Source: a virus. Taken from it: 64,000 bases of DNA. Location of the stretch: IMG/VR virus record IMGVR_UViG_3300032053_011398; one strand, written 5' to 3'. The notes beneath the pieces are model-generated. The model was not told the origin of the DNA. It searched no databases and was given only the letters and a program-made list of their open reading frames with translations. This document shows positions 25,973 through 35,769 of the stretch, one piece after another. The position numbers and the translations under genes were made by a program. Each line of letters starts with the position of its first letter. Position 1 is the stretch's first letter.

Positions 25973-28192
25973 TTAGCCAGTTACGTTAGTGAGGTCTGCG
26001 CCCGATTCGCGGACAACAGCGTTGATGTAGATACGCTCCACGGCGTCAGTCGGCACGACGTAGAGATCGACAATCACTTCGCGGCGGTTCCGAGTCGTGG
26101 TGCTGTTGTTCGATTCGTCGCAAACCAGGTTGTAGGCTTCGATGCCCCGCAGGTTCTTGACGCCATCGAGGAACTGCCTCATGGCTAGTTCCAGCGAATT
26201 GAGCAGGGTGAGGTCATTCGGATCGAAGACGAATCGGCGACCGATAGCCGCCAACCCCTGAACCACATACTCGACCAGAACGAGGTTGTGGATCGCGGTG
26301 AGCTTGCTCTCCGTTCGCTGGAGGGTGCGCTCGCCGTAAACCATGATGACCCCGTTGCGCTGGATGATGGGGTTGACCGCGTTGCCAGAGCCATACATGG
26401 CTTCCTTGGCGTTGTCGGACAGGCGCGGGAAAGTGACCGAAGTCGCTTCACTGATGACGCCACGGTTTTCACCGGCAGCGGCAGACCACGGCTGGTCGTG
26501 CAGCCAGGTGTAGGCCATGACCCGCAGAGCGCCGATGGTCGGCGGGCACAGCTTGGGCTGCTGGGTGAGCGGATCACTCATCGTGAACCAGTTCCAGAAA
26601 CACGCCAAATAGGCGGTGTCCATCTTGCCACGATCTTTGAACTTGCCCTGACCGTTGTGCCAGTCGATGGCATCCCACACGTTCAACGGCACCCCATTGA
26701 AGCTGAGGGGCACGTCAATCAGGCCAATGGATTTGGTAATGTAAGCCGTGTCGCGCAACTGAGTGTGGATCGGCAGCTTAGAGGCGTCCGGCGAAGTCTC
26801 GCCAGGAGCACAGAGGACAGTAACATATATGTTGTCCAAGTCCTCGAAGGACTTGATGCCAGTCAGGGTGTCGTCCACGGGATTGAGCTTGCCAACGAAA
26901 TCCTGAGCACGGGCAGCCTCGCCGTTGCATCCTCTATCGAAGGCCCCACCGGGAAGCGGCACGCCGTATTTCGCCGTGTTTGTCGGAGCCTGCGGCACCG
27001 GCGTGGACGGGGAGCTGTTCCAAGGATCGACCGTGTTGGCCGGGACATAGTTGCCCAGCATCTTGATGGTGATGTAGCTGGAAGGCGCGTTGGTATTGAT
27101 GGTATCCGCGAAGTCCAACGGAGGCGCAGTCGTGGGAAACTGAGCCGCGACGCCCAGGTTGTCGTAAACCTCGACCAAAGCCGAATCCCAATAGATGCTG
27201 ATTTTCTTGGTGCCCGCTTGAGTTCCTGGACTGATCTTGACCTGCAACCCGCCAACCGGATTCGAGTTGGTCGTGTTGGCCCAGGTGCCTTCGGTGAGTG
27301 CGTAAATGAGGGCTGCGTTGGTCTTCGAGCTGACCTTCTCGACCGTCGCGGCAGTGTATGTGTCCTGGAGCGGAAGCGCCTGGTAGCCACGTTCGGTGTC
27401 ATCCGTGGCCTGAAGTTCGATGGTTGCTGAGGCGTTAGAACCAGACCCGATAATGGGATTCGTTTTGGCGCAGTAAACTTCGTAGGTCGGAAACTTGCCC
27501 GTCTGGGTGATCCGCAGCAGGTCGCCCACTACAATATAGGTCGGATTGCTCGTGACCGAGAAATAGTAGTTGCCCTTTTCACCGGAAACGACACCAAGGG
27601 TGGGGATGGGGGTGTAACTGTAACCTTCCAAGACGCCTTGGGCCTTGCTGGCGGCGTTGGCCCAATAGCTGAACTGAAGCAAACCGTTCGCGTAGGTGTC
27701 CGGCAGGGTATCCGTGTTCAGCGTGACCACGGTGCCGGAGACGCTGAGCACCTTCGCATTGACAAGGCTCTTCTTGCCATCCTCGGTGATCTGGACGTAA
27801 TAGTTGCCAGTCGGGGTATAAGTCTGATTTTTGTCCACCAGCGGAGCCGCTGCGGTGTCAAAAGTCGTCGCACCGGAGGTTCCGACCACGGCACTGACAA
27901 TGTTTCCTGGCAGATCATTGTATAGCAACCCAACCCGCACAACTATAGAGCCATCGCTGTATGGCGCAACCACGCCCACTGCCGTTCCCAGGAAATAATC
28001 GCCGTCAATCGGCTGGCCGAAAAGGCGGACAAAATCCTGGAGAGTGCGAACCTGGGTCGGCGTGTTAAATGGGCCTTTGCTGGCGACACCAATCAAACCG
28101 GGGCGGAATCGAGCAGTGTTCGTGTTCACGAACGACTGGTCGATTATCTGGGTATAAACTCCCGGAAAGTTCTTTCGCTTAATCGTTGCCAT
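25973..28192 (-). CDS. Tail sheath protein (gp18-like)
   Basis: FPGVYTQIIDQS, GVASKGPFNTP, PWSAAAGENRG, VNPI, YGERTLQ, FVFDPND and CDESNN. Confidence 0.95.
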   Translation of the reverse strand: MATIKRKNFPGVYTQIIDQSFVNTNTARFRPGLIGVASKGPFNTPTQVRTLQDFVRLFGQPIDGDYFLGTAVGVVAPYSDGSIVVRVGLLYNDLPGNIVSAVVGTSGATTFDTAAAPLVDKNQTYTPTGNYYVQITEDGKKSLVNAKVLSVSGTVVTLNTDTLPDTYANGLLQFSYWANAASKAQGVLEGYSYTPIPTLGVVSGEKGNYYFSVTSNPTYIVVGDLLRITQTGKFPTYEVYCAKTNPIIGSGSNASATIELQATDDTERGYQALPLQDTYTAATVEKVSSKTNAALIYALTEGTWANTTNSNPVGGLQVKISPGTQAGTKKISIYWDSALVEVYDNLGVAAQFPTTAPPLDFADTINTNAPSSYITIKMLGNYVPANTVDPWNSSPSTPVPQAPTNTAKYGVPLPGGAFDRGCNGEAARAQDFVGKLNPVDDTLTGIKSFEDLDNIYVTVLCAPGETSPDASKLPIHTQLRDTAYITKSIGLIDVPLSFNGVPLNVWDAIDWHNGQGKFKDRGKMDTAYLACFWNWFTMSDPLTQQPKLCPPTIGALRVMAYTWLHDQPWSAAAGENRGVISEATSVTFPRLSDNAKEAMYGSGNAVNPIIQRNGVIMVYGERTLQRTESKLTAIHNLVLVEYVVQGLAAIGRRFVFDPNDLTLLNSLELAMRQFLDGVKNLRGIEAYNLVCDESNNSTTTRNRREVIVDLYVVPTDAVERIYINAVVRESGADLTNVTG

Positions 28193-28260
28193 ACACGTTC
28201 ATTCTTTCTCTTTATCTACACTTCGTCATTTCCTGGTTTTGGGGTCGAATTTGTAAACAA

Positions 28261-29430
28261 TTACGCCAAATCCCGGCTCCAACTCGACCGGAACACCAAG
28301 GTCAACGTGTGCGAGTTGTCTTTGATCTGCGGGCTATCCAAAACGAAAACGTAAGCAGTCTGGATCGACGCAAAGAAGTTGTTCGGATCATGGTATCCAT
28401 AACCGAAACTTTGCATGTCCACCCGATTGGCCGTGCCCACATTGAAAACAGCGGTCACATCCACGTAAAAACTGTTGCTCGCGTAAACCGCCCGTGTGAT
28501 GGTATCGGCGTAGCCCACATTGAGATGGCGGTCAACCGCCGTGCCGAAAGTGGCTGGCGCGGAACTGTTTGGGGACAAAAAGACGCCCCAGTGGGTTTGG
28601 CCAGCATTGGAAGGTTCCGAAGTCAGCCTCCCGGTAACCTGAGAGTCACCATTTGTGTTCACCGTCCCCATGTAGGAAATTTGAGCCTGCTCAGTGCCGG
28701 TCGTGCCCGTCCAGCCGGAGATTGCTGCCGAGCGCGAAATAGGTGATCCGGGATTCAAGGTGATCCGCAGTTCGTAGGTGACGCGAAGTTGCTGGCCAAT
28801 GTCCACAAAAACCGGGCCGGGCAGGAGAACGCGAGCGAAAGTCGTGCTGGCACCCGCTGCGGCCCAGGAGAACCCGACTTCGGTGTAGTTCTGCGGGGCA
28901 ACCTCGATAGTGAAGTCGAAGGTGCGCCGAAATTGGAACTGATTGGCAACCTGGGCAGTGCCGCAGTTGCCGACGCCCGTCAACTTGGTGTTGGTGCGCT
29001 TGGTTTCGACCGAGAGGGCTGTGTCTTGGGTGTTGTATTTGATGAAATGGCCGCTGGCCGAACCCGTGGCATCCGTGTAAACCGTGCTGGAGCTGGAGTA
29101 GCTGGTGATAATGGCGCGGGTGCCGTCATCCCACTCCAGCTCGGCTCCGACATCGCTGGGATCGAAAAATGGTGCGTCGCTGGAAATGGTTCCACCGGCG
29201 AGTGTGGCGTTGGTGGTCAGGCTGTCCACGGAGGTTGGGCGAACGCCGGTGCCACAGATCGCATACTCGAAGCTGCCGACCCAAGTTCGAGTGGCAATGC
29301 CGTTCAAGCCGGTATTCAGGATCAGGTTCCTGATCCAGTCCGGGCCTGAATCACGGATGACCTTGCTGGTCTTTCCCTCGACTACCGCCCACTTCAGGTA
29401 GCCGCCTGCTGTCTGTGCTGTCCAAGTCAT
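28261..29430 (-). CDS. Virion tail/baseplate structural protein
   Basis: 389 aa, Thr/Gly/Ser-rich. NLILNTGL...CGTG...TEVG...FARVL motif related to the 23511 ORF. GTAGATA upstream. Confidence 0.6.
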   Translation of the reverse strand: MTWTAQTAGGYLKWAVVEGKTSKVIRDSGPDWIRNLILNTGLNGIATRTWVGSFEYAICGTGVRPTSVDSLTTNATLAGGTISSDAPFFDPSDVGAELEWDDGTRAIITSYSSSSTVYTDATGSASGHFIKYNTQDTALSVETKRTNTKLTGVGNCGTAQVANQFQFRRTFDFTIEVAPQNYTEVGFSWAAAGASTTFARVLLPGPVFVDIGQQLRVTYELRITLNPGSPISRSAAISGWTGTTGTEQAQISYMGTVNTNGDSQVTGRLTSEPSNAGQTHWGVFLSPNSSAPATFGTAVDRHLNVGYADTITRAVYASNSFYVDVTAVFNVGTANRVDMQSFGYGYHDPNNFFASIQTAYVFVLDSPQIKDNSHTLTLVFRSSWSRDLA

Positions 29431-29437
29431 AATCTAT

Positions 29438-31000
29438 CTACGCATACGCGCCAACCAAAAACAGGCCCGCCATACTGCCGGAGGCGAACCAGGTGCCAGC
29501 ATTCGCAACCCTCATCGAACTCGTTCCGATCAAGAAAACGGCTGCGGTCGTGCCCGCATCGAAGTAACTACCGCTATCCACCGAAGTCATCATATAAATG
29601 CCCGTTCCGAAGACTGCGGCTGTCGTGCCGGTCTCGTAGTAGGTGCCAATATCGACCACGGTCGAGACATAGGTGCCCATCGTGAACAAGCCCACCACGG
29701 TTCCGGCCTCGAAGTAGGTGCCGCCCGGTTGCAACGTGAGGACGTATGCGCCCTCGGTGAGACTGCCAGAGGATGCCCCGTCATCGAAGAGGATAAGCTT
29801 CTCGTTTGCTCCGTAAAGGAATCCGCCGTAGGTAGTTCCAGCTTCCACGATACTGCCGTAGTTGACGACCGTTCCCGCTGGGTAAATGTAATCGCCAAAT
29901 AAGAAGACGCTTGCGGTCGTGCCGGTCTCGTAAAAGGTTCCCGCACAGCGGGTTACCTCCGTCAACGTCGCCAGGCCGTAGCCGGAGGTTGAGGGAATGC
30001 CGCCCAAAAAATAGGGGCTGTTCGTGTTGCTGCTGTTGAACCCATAGAGCAAATAGCCGTTGGGCTGGAGACTGCCGCTCAAGTAAACGTCATGCCCAGG
30101 GTAGGTGCCGTAGGTTGCGTGTCGTAGATTTTGTTGACATTCTTCATCTGGCGGCACGTTCTGCCGGGCCAGCATGGTCGCGTTGTCGTCGCGGAGCCTC
30201 AAGTCTTCGGTCTGTTGATCGAGAGCTTCGCCCAATTCGTCGGGGTTAGCTGACTGCTCCTGACCGCGAATGATGAGCGTCCAGAGGGCAGGCAAGAATT
30301 GGATGTCTTGGTCAATCGAGTAGCCCTCCAGGCAGAGGGTAAACGTGGTGCGAAACTCGACGTGTTTTTGGTCCTCCGGCTCCTCCAAGGTGGTGTTTTC
30401 GATGTCCCCCTCGATGAACATGCGGATTCTGTGGAGACCAATTCCAGGGTAGTGGATCAAAACCCAGCATTGGGGCGTGCCCCCCGTGATCCACATGGAA
30501 CGCATCAGCTTCTCGACGAAATACGCCTGCGTGTCCGGGCGCATGGCGTAGTGGTCGATCTGCCAACGGTAATCCCAAGCCATCGGGCGGTAGCTGACGG
30601 CCACGTTGGCAAGCTGGCAGCGGCCCACCGGATTCGAGACCGTGGGCCAGTTCATCTTCCGCCACTGATGGATGGAGTAATTCTGCTCCGGGCGGTAACG
30701 CCAACCACGCCGAAAGATGGAAATCAGGGGATAACGGAGGTTGGCCGGATACGGTTCGTAAAGAGGCTTACCCTGCTCGTCCTTTAGGTCGAACAGGTAT
30801 TTGAACGGATTGGCATTGCTTTTCCACAACTTGTCGAAGTTCCCAAACGCATCCATTGGGGTGGAGAAAACCACCGGGATGGGAAAGCCTTCACGCACAA
30901 AAAAATTGGAATACAGCCAACGCTGCAAAGCCAATTCATGGTAGCGCATTCCCGTTGCGCCTACGGTGCCTGGCCTTACACTTAGGGTTTCGTCTGCCAC
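29438..31000 (-). CDS. Tail terminator/completion protein (gp15-like) with C-terminal repeats
   Basis: PIPVVFSTP...YPLISIFR...PMAWDYRWQID...FRTTFTLCLEGY, followed by ~25-aa GTxxExGTT repeats. Start placed at GTG 31000. Confidence 0.6.
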   Translation of the reverse strand: MADETLSVRPGTVGATGMRYHELALQRWLYSNFFVREGFPIPVVFSTPMDAFGNFDKLWKSNANPFKYLFDLKDEQGKPLYEPYPANLRYPLISIFRRGWRYRPEQNYSIHQWRKMNWPTVSNPVGRCQLANVAVSYRPMAWDYRWQIDHYAMRPDTQAYFVEKLMRSMWITGGTPQCWVLIHYPGIGLHRIRMFIEGDIENTTLEEPEDQKHVEFRTTFTLCLEGYSIDQDIQFLPALWTLIIRGQEQSANPDELGEALDQQTEDLRLRDDNATMLARQNVPPDEECQQNLRHATYGTYPGHDVYLSGSLQPNGYLLYGFNSSNTNSPYFLGGIPSTSGYGLATLTEVTRCAGTFYETGTTASVFLFGDYIYPAGTVVNYGSIVEAGTTYGGFLYGANEKLILFDDGASSGSLTEGAYVLTLQPGGTYFEAGTVVGLFTMGTYVSTVVDIGTYYETGTTAAVFGTGIYMMTSVDSGSYFDAGTTAAVFLIGTSSMRVANAGTWFASGSMAGLFLVGAYA

Positions 31001-31047
31001 AAAATAGATACGGCCACTCGCGGCCAGCCGATAGCAGTGGAAAACGA

Positions 31048-31076
31048 TTGTCCTATTCACGATCCACGGGTATAGT
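31048..31076 (+). promoter_or_regulatory. Sigma70-like promoter for the HNH gene
   Basis: TTGTCC-N17-TATAGT, 7 nt before GTG 31084. Confidence 0.55.
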
Positions 31077-31083
31077 GCGGATC

Positions 31084-31644
31084 GTGAATACGGAAATATG
31101 TCCCGGAGACTCGTTCCATAGACTAACCGTGGTGGGCAAATCATCTTTGAGCGCCCGCCGCGCCTGGCACTACGAATGTCGTTGCTCTTGCGGCGGTATC
31201 GTTTATCCGCTGGGATCAAGCCTGAAAAACGGTAACACTAAAAGCTGTGGATGTTTACAAAAAGAAGCGGCAAGAAAAAACGGGATAAAACTGCCGTTCG
31301 GTGAGTCTTCATTCAGAAAACTCTTTAGAGACCGGCAGCGCGAAGCGGTGCATAAAGGACGAGAGTGGGCACTAACAAAATCCGAATTTCGGTCCTTAAC
31401 CGCCTCTCCGTGCCACTATTGCGGCGTTCCTCCAAGGCAGTCTTACCACGGGATCGAAGCCTTCGGACCTTACATCTACAATGGATTGGACCGATTGGAT
31501 TCAAGCGGCGGCTACACCGCCAAAAACGTCGTGCCATGCTGCTGGACGTGCAACATGGCAAAAAACGCCCAATCGTTAACCGATTTCATCGCCTGGATTA
31601 AGCGGGTCCACTCTCGCCTAGCTTACTTTGAGAAGCAGGCTTGA
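31084..31644 (+). CDS. HNH homing endonuclease
   Basis: CRCSCG...TKSCGCL, then CHYCG...YNGLDRLDSSGGY...NVVPCCWTCNMAK. Confidence 0.85.
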   Translation: MNTEICPGDSFHRLTVVGKSSLSARRAWHYECRCSCGGIVYPLGSSLKNGNTKSCGCLQKEAARKNGIKLPFGESSFRKLFRDRQREAVHKGREWALTKSEFRSLTASPCHYCGVPPRQSYHGIEAFGPYIYNGLDRLDSSGGYTAKNVVPCCWTCNMAKNAQSLTDFIAWIKRVHSRLAYFEKQA

Positions 31645-31896
31645 CTGGACTGGCACCTTAATGCCGTTGGCCGTCTCCACATCCACCCAGCCGGAACCCT
31701 TAGCTGAAGGTCCAGCCACTCTGACTTTTAGGCCCGCCAGAGAATACGTGGGATCGTCGATGACGGCAACCATCTCGCCCGCCTTCACGTCCATGTCTTC
31801 GGACAGAATAGCGTTGGCGGCTGCCCTGATCGTGTCAGGCTTCCTCACGTCGGCTTGCGCGACCGCTTCTTGGATCGTTGTATCAATGTTCTTCAT
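31618..31896 (-). CDS. Small KOW/SH3-like protein (possible head protein)
   Basis: ILSE followed by VKAGEMVAVIDDPTYSLAGLKVRV. Confidence 0.55.
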   Translation of the reverse strand: MKNIDTTIQEAVAQADVRKPDTIRAAANAILSEDMDVKAGEMVAVIDDPTYSLAGLKVRVAGPSAKGSGWVDVETANGIKVPVQSSLLLKVS

Positions 31897-31901
31897 GCGC
31901 T

Positions 31902-32267
31902 TTAACTAGCGCCCTTCGAGAGCGCCAACAGTATTGCCGTATCAACATCAGGATGCGGGTCAAACCAGTTCGACCCACGCCGAAGCAAACTCAGCAGAGC
32001 CGCAGATTCCGCATCTGACCTAATTACGAGCTTGCCTCGCTGGATGCTCACTTCCAGATTTTTGGCCATTTTCCGCAATCTTGGCTCCATGTTCGCAATC
32101 CTCTGCGCCAGGTCGGGCACCGGCTTGAAGCGGGCATCCCGGTTGAACCAGTTCATAAACCGTTCAACCACCGCATTCTGCTTTTGGGTCGTATTCGTAA
32201 ACAAATTATCTTGGAGCGCACTCCGCACGGCGTCCGCGAACACACCCTCTTTATGGCCAATAATCAT
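31902..32267 (-). CDS. Hypothetical protein (neck region)
   Basis: 121-aa ORF coupled to the upstream gene. Confidence 0.55.
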   Translation of the reverse strand: MIIGHKEGVFADAVRSALQDNLFTNTTQKQNAVVERFMNWFNRDARFKPVPDLAQRIANMEPRLRKMAKNLEVSIQRGKLVIRSDAESAALLSLLRRGSNWFDPHPDVDTAILLALSKGAS

Positions 32268-32905
32268 GGCCAGTTATGGGGGATGTTGGCCGGGCCTGTG
32301 GGTGCCGGGCCTGGCCAATCAGGCAGGGGCTTGGCCCCAGGCTGTTCAGCGGGCACGGGCGTTAAGAGGTCGATTGTAGGCCGGGCATCGCCATCGGGAG
32401 CAATGGATGCTTCGCAGACCAAGCCCAACCAGACGTTGGTCTGCAACCAGTAGGTGCTGGGGTCCAGCACCACGTTGATAACCATGAGCCGGTAGCCGAT
32501 GTAATAAATCAGGTCGCCGCGCAGAGGAAAATAGTCTAGGCGAACCGGGTCTATTTCACGCCCGTCGATCAGTGTGCCAGAAGGGTTTAGGTGGAGATTC
32601 GCCAACCAAAATTTAAAGTGTTGCTTGGGGGTGAGGCCCAGCTTGGTCATAGCCCAGTTGGGCTTCTCGAACGTGACGATGGAGGGAATGTCCAGGGTGC
32701 GCTTGAACACGGTGCGCTCCGTCATCGGCATGTGCCAGAGCGGATCAACGGCCTCCTCACTACGATCAACCTCGAAGAACTTCGGGTAGGGCCTGGGTGA
32801 GCTGGTTCTCACGTATTCGGCGTGCATCTTCAGTGCTATTCCGACATCCGTTTTTTTCCAGAGTTCACTATCAAACAAAAATTCCTTGCGTTCAGCGTAT
32901 CGCAC
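32264..32905 (-). CDS. Neck/head-closure protein (gp14-like)
   Basis: VDPLW, FPLRGDLIYY and YWLQTN. Located among neck and tail genes. Confidence 0.55.
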   Translation of the reverse strand: MRYAERKEFLFDSELWKKTDVGIALKMHAEYVRTSSPRPYPKFFEVDRSEEAVDPLWHMPMTERTVFKRTLDIPSIVTFEKPNWAMTKLGLTPKQHFKFWLANLHLNPSGTLIDGREIDPVRLDYFPLRGDLIYYIGYRLMVINVVLDPSTYWLQTNVWLGLVCEASIAPDGDARPTIDLLTPVPAEQPGAKPLPDWPGPAPTGPANIPHNWP

Positions 32906-32920
32906 AGCTTAAATACCGGC

Positions 32921-33625
32921 GTGAACTGCAAAAGGTGGAAGACAAAATACCTTGGAGTCATCGAAGCTCCGATCAGAATGATGGGCAAAAACGTCCAATT
33001 TCAAATCACATGCCCGACATGCAAAGCGCCACGGTGGGCTTGGTGGCCGGTAATCTACTATTCCAGATCACTTATCTGCAAATCCTGCTTTAATAGCAGC
33101 AACAAATTGCCGCTTAATATCAAATGGAAAGGAAAGCTTACCCCTGTAGAAGTTCTTGGAACCAAATACGGCAGAACACTTTACAAATTCAAATGTGAGT
33201 GTGGCGGTGAAATATCAACAACCGCGCATCATTCGGTCAAAAGCTGCGGCTGTCTTAAAAAACGCCCAAGAATAACCAGGAGGAAATCCGACCAAGCAGT
33301 CGGTTTGACGCATTTCCGCCATGTTTACATCGGGTCTGCTAGAGCTAGAAACTTGGATTATACCCTATCTAGCGCACAATTCGATAAACTAATAAATAAT
33401 CCCTGCAACTACTGTGGTGAACCACCAGCCACGCGCTTATTCAACTTTCGCACCAGAACTATCGCTTTTACCTGCAATGGCATCGACCGCGTAAAAAATA
33501 CTGAAGGTTACACCCCGCAAAACACCGTATCCTGTTGCACTACGTGCAATCGGCTAAAAAGAGCGATGAGCCGCGATGACTTCTTGAGTCTTATCAAAAA
33601 GATTTGGCAGAAGTCGTGTAACTAG
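32921..33625 (+). CDS. HNH homing endonuclease (start uncertain, 32921 or 32978)
   Basis: CECGG...KSCGCL, then CNYCG...NGIDRVKNTEGYTPQNTVSCCTTCNRLK. AT-rich. Confidence 0.85.
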   Translation: MNCKRWKTKYLGVIEAPIRMMGKNVQFQITCPTCKAPRWAWWPVIYYSRSLICKSCFNSSNKLPLNIKWKGKLTPVEVLGTKYGRTLYKFKCECGGEISTTAHHSVKSCGCLKKRPRITRRKSDQAVGLTHFRHVYIGSARARNLDYTLSSAQFDKLINNPCNYCGEPPATRLFNFRTRTIAFTCNGIDRVKNTEGYTPQNTVSCCTTCNRLKRAMSRDDFLSLIKKIWQKSCN

Positions 33626-33632
33626 CTTGGAT

Positions 33633-33932
33633 ATGGAACGACCTGTTGAACTGGCGCAATTGCTTGCGGAGCTGAAAGGTGAAAATCCCAGCTCTACCAT
33701 CATTATCCAGGACGACAGCCATCTTGTGGTGGTCATCGACGACATCGAAGCCCACTACGATTTCACTGGGCCGGAGGCCAAACTGCTCTTGGCGAACCGG
33801 GACACTGTGGAACGGCTGTTCGAGGCCCTGGGCTACCCGGAAGAGAGTTTTATCGAACTCCAAAACTTGACGATTGACGAGGAGATCATGGTTGAGCTTG
33901 AAAGCTACGCTTCAAACGTCGATGAAATGTAA
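33633..33932 (+). CDS. Hypothetical acidic protein
   Basis: About 99 aa with host-like codon usage, upstream of the hub gene. Confidence 0.55.
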   Translation: MERPVELAQLLAELKGENPSSTIIIQDDSHLVVVIDDIEAHYDFTGPEAKLLLANRDTVERLFEALGYPEESFIELQNLTIDEEIMVELESYASNVDEM

Positions 33933-33940
33933 ACAATTTT

Positions 33941-35281
33941 GTGGCTCAATCTGGCAATACCAACCTGGAAGGCCGAACGGTCGTAGAAATCGAGCTAAGG
34001 CTGCCAAATAGCAAGATCATCCCGTTCAGCAAGATCAACGTCGTCCACAGTAAGTCCATCATCACGGAGGGCCTGAAGATGCCGAGCCAACACGAGCTGT
34101 GGGTTCAGGCCCCAACGACAGACTACGTGGATGGCCTGATCCGCTTCGCCCAGTCCCAGGGCACGCCGAAAATCCGTTACCGGATTGGCGTCGGACTGCC
34201 AGGCCAGATGGCCTACCTGCCCTGGCAAGACTCAATTATCACCAGCCTGGGCGCGGCCATCGACGGCGTAGGCAAAAGTGCCGGTCATTTTGTCCGGCTG
34301 AGCTTGTCGGATTATTTGTTTACAGTTACACGCCGGACGAAGGTCGTGACTCGAAAGGGAAAAATCAGCGCCATCGTGGCTCAGATTGCCGAAGAAAACG
34401 GCATCGCCAACACCGTCATCGAGGAAACCGTGGGCGAAGGCATGTGGATTCAAAGTTTTGTTGACGATTTCGACTTCATCCTGCATCGCATGGTGCCGCG
34501 TGCCATCAACGCCAAGGGCCGGGGCAACTACAGCATCTACGTCCAGGACAACACGCTTCATTTTCACTCACCGGACTACCATGCCGCGCTCAAGGAGCTG
34601 GTCTATTACCAGACCAACAACATTGGACTGACGCAATTGGACGAGAGCCAAAACCTGCTGGAAGCGGGCGCATCCGGCGTGCGCCTGGTCGTTTACGATC
34701 CCTATACCGGCCAGATGAAAGAAATCGCCTCCGATCCGGCCAAGGCTCTCAAGCTGGGCAACGTCATGCACTCGTTGGCCAACGTGAAGGGAGCCGACCT
34801 GAATTATCCATTCCATCTGAGCACGAACGCCCCTACGGAGGCCGAGAACATGGCACAGACCATGTATGAAAATGCGCGGGCGCAAATCCTGGGGATCAAA
34901 CTCGACGTGGCTCACTCTATTTTTCTGCGCGTCGGCGACATCGTGCGCATTATCATCAGCCCGTCCTCTGACAAGTCCACCGTTTGGTCTGGCACCTACC
35001 AGGTCACCAACGCCTGCTACATGATTGAGAGCGGGGCCATGTTGTCGTCGTTCATCGCCAAACGGGGCGAATTTCAAACCAGCAGCGCGGCGGCGACCTC
35101 GCTCCAGGTTCTTGGGGAAACAGTCATCATCAGCGACCAGGAAGCTCCGGGCCAGGCGCTCAACCTGAAAGCAATACAAAGCTCCGAGCTTGCGCACGGA
35201 GCTGGTCAATCTGCTTTTACTTCGGTATTCTCGACGACTCAGAGCAAGAGCGCAGCTCCGAATCCGACACCGACGTATTAA
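33941..35281 (+). CDS. Baseplate hub protein (gp27/late-control-D-like)
   Basis: GKISAIVAQIAEENG, QSFVDDFDFI, DNTLHFH, LRVGDIVRI and WSGTYQV. Confidence 0.7.
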   Translation: MAQSGNTNLEGRTVVEIELRLPNSKIIPFSKINVVHSKSIITEGLKMPSQHELWVQAPTTDYVDGLIRFAQSQGTPKIRYRIGVGLPGQMAYLPWQDSIITSLGAAIDGVGKSAGHFVRLSLSDYLFTVTRRTKVVTRKGKISAIVAQIAEENGIANTVIEETVGEGMWIQSFVDDFDFILHRMVPRAINAKGRGNYSIYVQDNTLHFHSPDYHAALKELVYYQTNNIGLTQLDESQNLLEAGASGVRLVVYDPYTGQMKEIASDPAKALKLGNVMHSLANVKGADLNYPFHLSTNAPTEAENMAQTMYENARAQILGIKLDVAHSIFLRVGDIVRIIISPSSDKSTVWSGTYQVTNACYMIESGAMLSSFIAKRGEFQTSSAAATSLQVLGETVIISDQEAPGQALNLKAIQSSELAHGAGQSAFTSVFSTTQSKSAAPNPTPTY

Positions 35282-35766
35282 ATGGTCGGGAATGGGGCGG
35301 GCACTACTACGCCTGGGCCTGCGTGGTAACTCTTGCTCCACAGGCTAGGGGCACCAAAGGGATCAGTGCGGCTCATTGCCATCTGCTCCCACTTCAGGCG
35401 GGAATCCAATTGGGCGCGAATCGCGCCCGCGCCGCCGACGCACTTGATCTCGATAAACGGAGCGTTAATGGTGAAATCCACGACGCGCGTGCCTAGAGGC
35501 GCGATGCCATATTGGGGGGTGATCGACGTTCTTGGATCGGCTGAGCCATCACCGTAGCTCTGCTGAACCTGGAAGAACAAAGTCGTGCCATTGGTGACGT
35601 TTTCAATGGTCAGGTGGACTTTGCTGTCCTCCAGGACATAACCCGCGTAGTTGGTTCCGAACGAGTAGTCGGCAACCCGCAATCGGCTGCCGACATAGCC
35701 CGAAACCATCGGGACTTGAACCCAAGTCGTTCTTACCATTGGTTCAGGATATGCGCCGGGTGTCAT
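35278..35766 (-). CDS. Small virion structural protein
   Basis: 162 aa. Paralog motif LTIENV...FFQVQQ...IAPLG...IRAQLD. Confidence 0.55.
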   Translation of the reverse strand: MTPGAYPEPMVRTTWVQVPMVSGYVGSRLRVADYSFGTNYAGYVLEDSKVHLTIENVTNGTTLFFQVQQSYGDGSADPRTSITPQYGIAPLGTRVVDFTINAPFIEIKCVGGAGAIRAQLDSRLKWEQMAMSRTDPFGAPSLWSKSYHAGPGVVVPAPFPTI

Positions 35767-35769
35767 AAA

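Noticed and set aside
29438-31219. ORF-track N-terminal extensions (e.g. starts at 31219, 12452, 55701, 5369, 30856)
   Set aside because: They overlap neighbouring genes or terminators. Downstream starts next to promoter motifs fit better.
24778-33625. HNH genes as group I intron-encoded ORFs
   Set aside because: Flanking genes look intact and there is almost no non-coding space for a ribozyme core.
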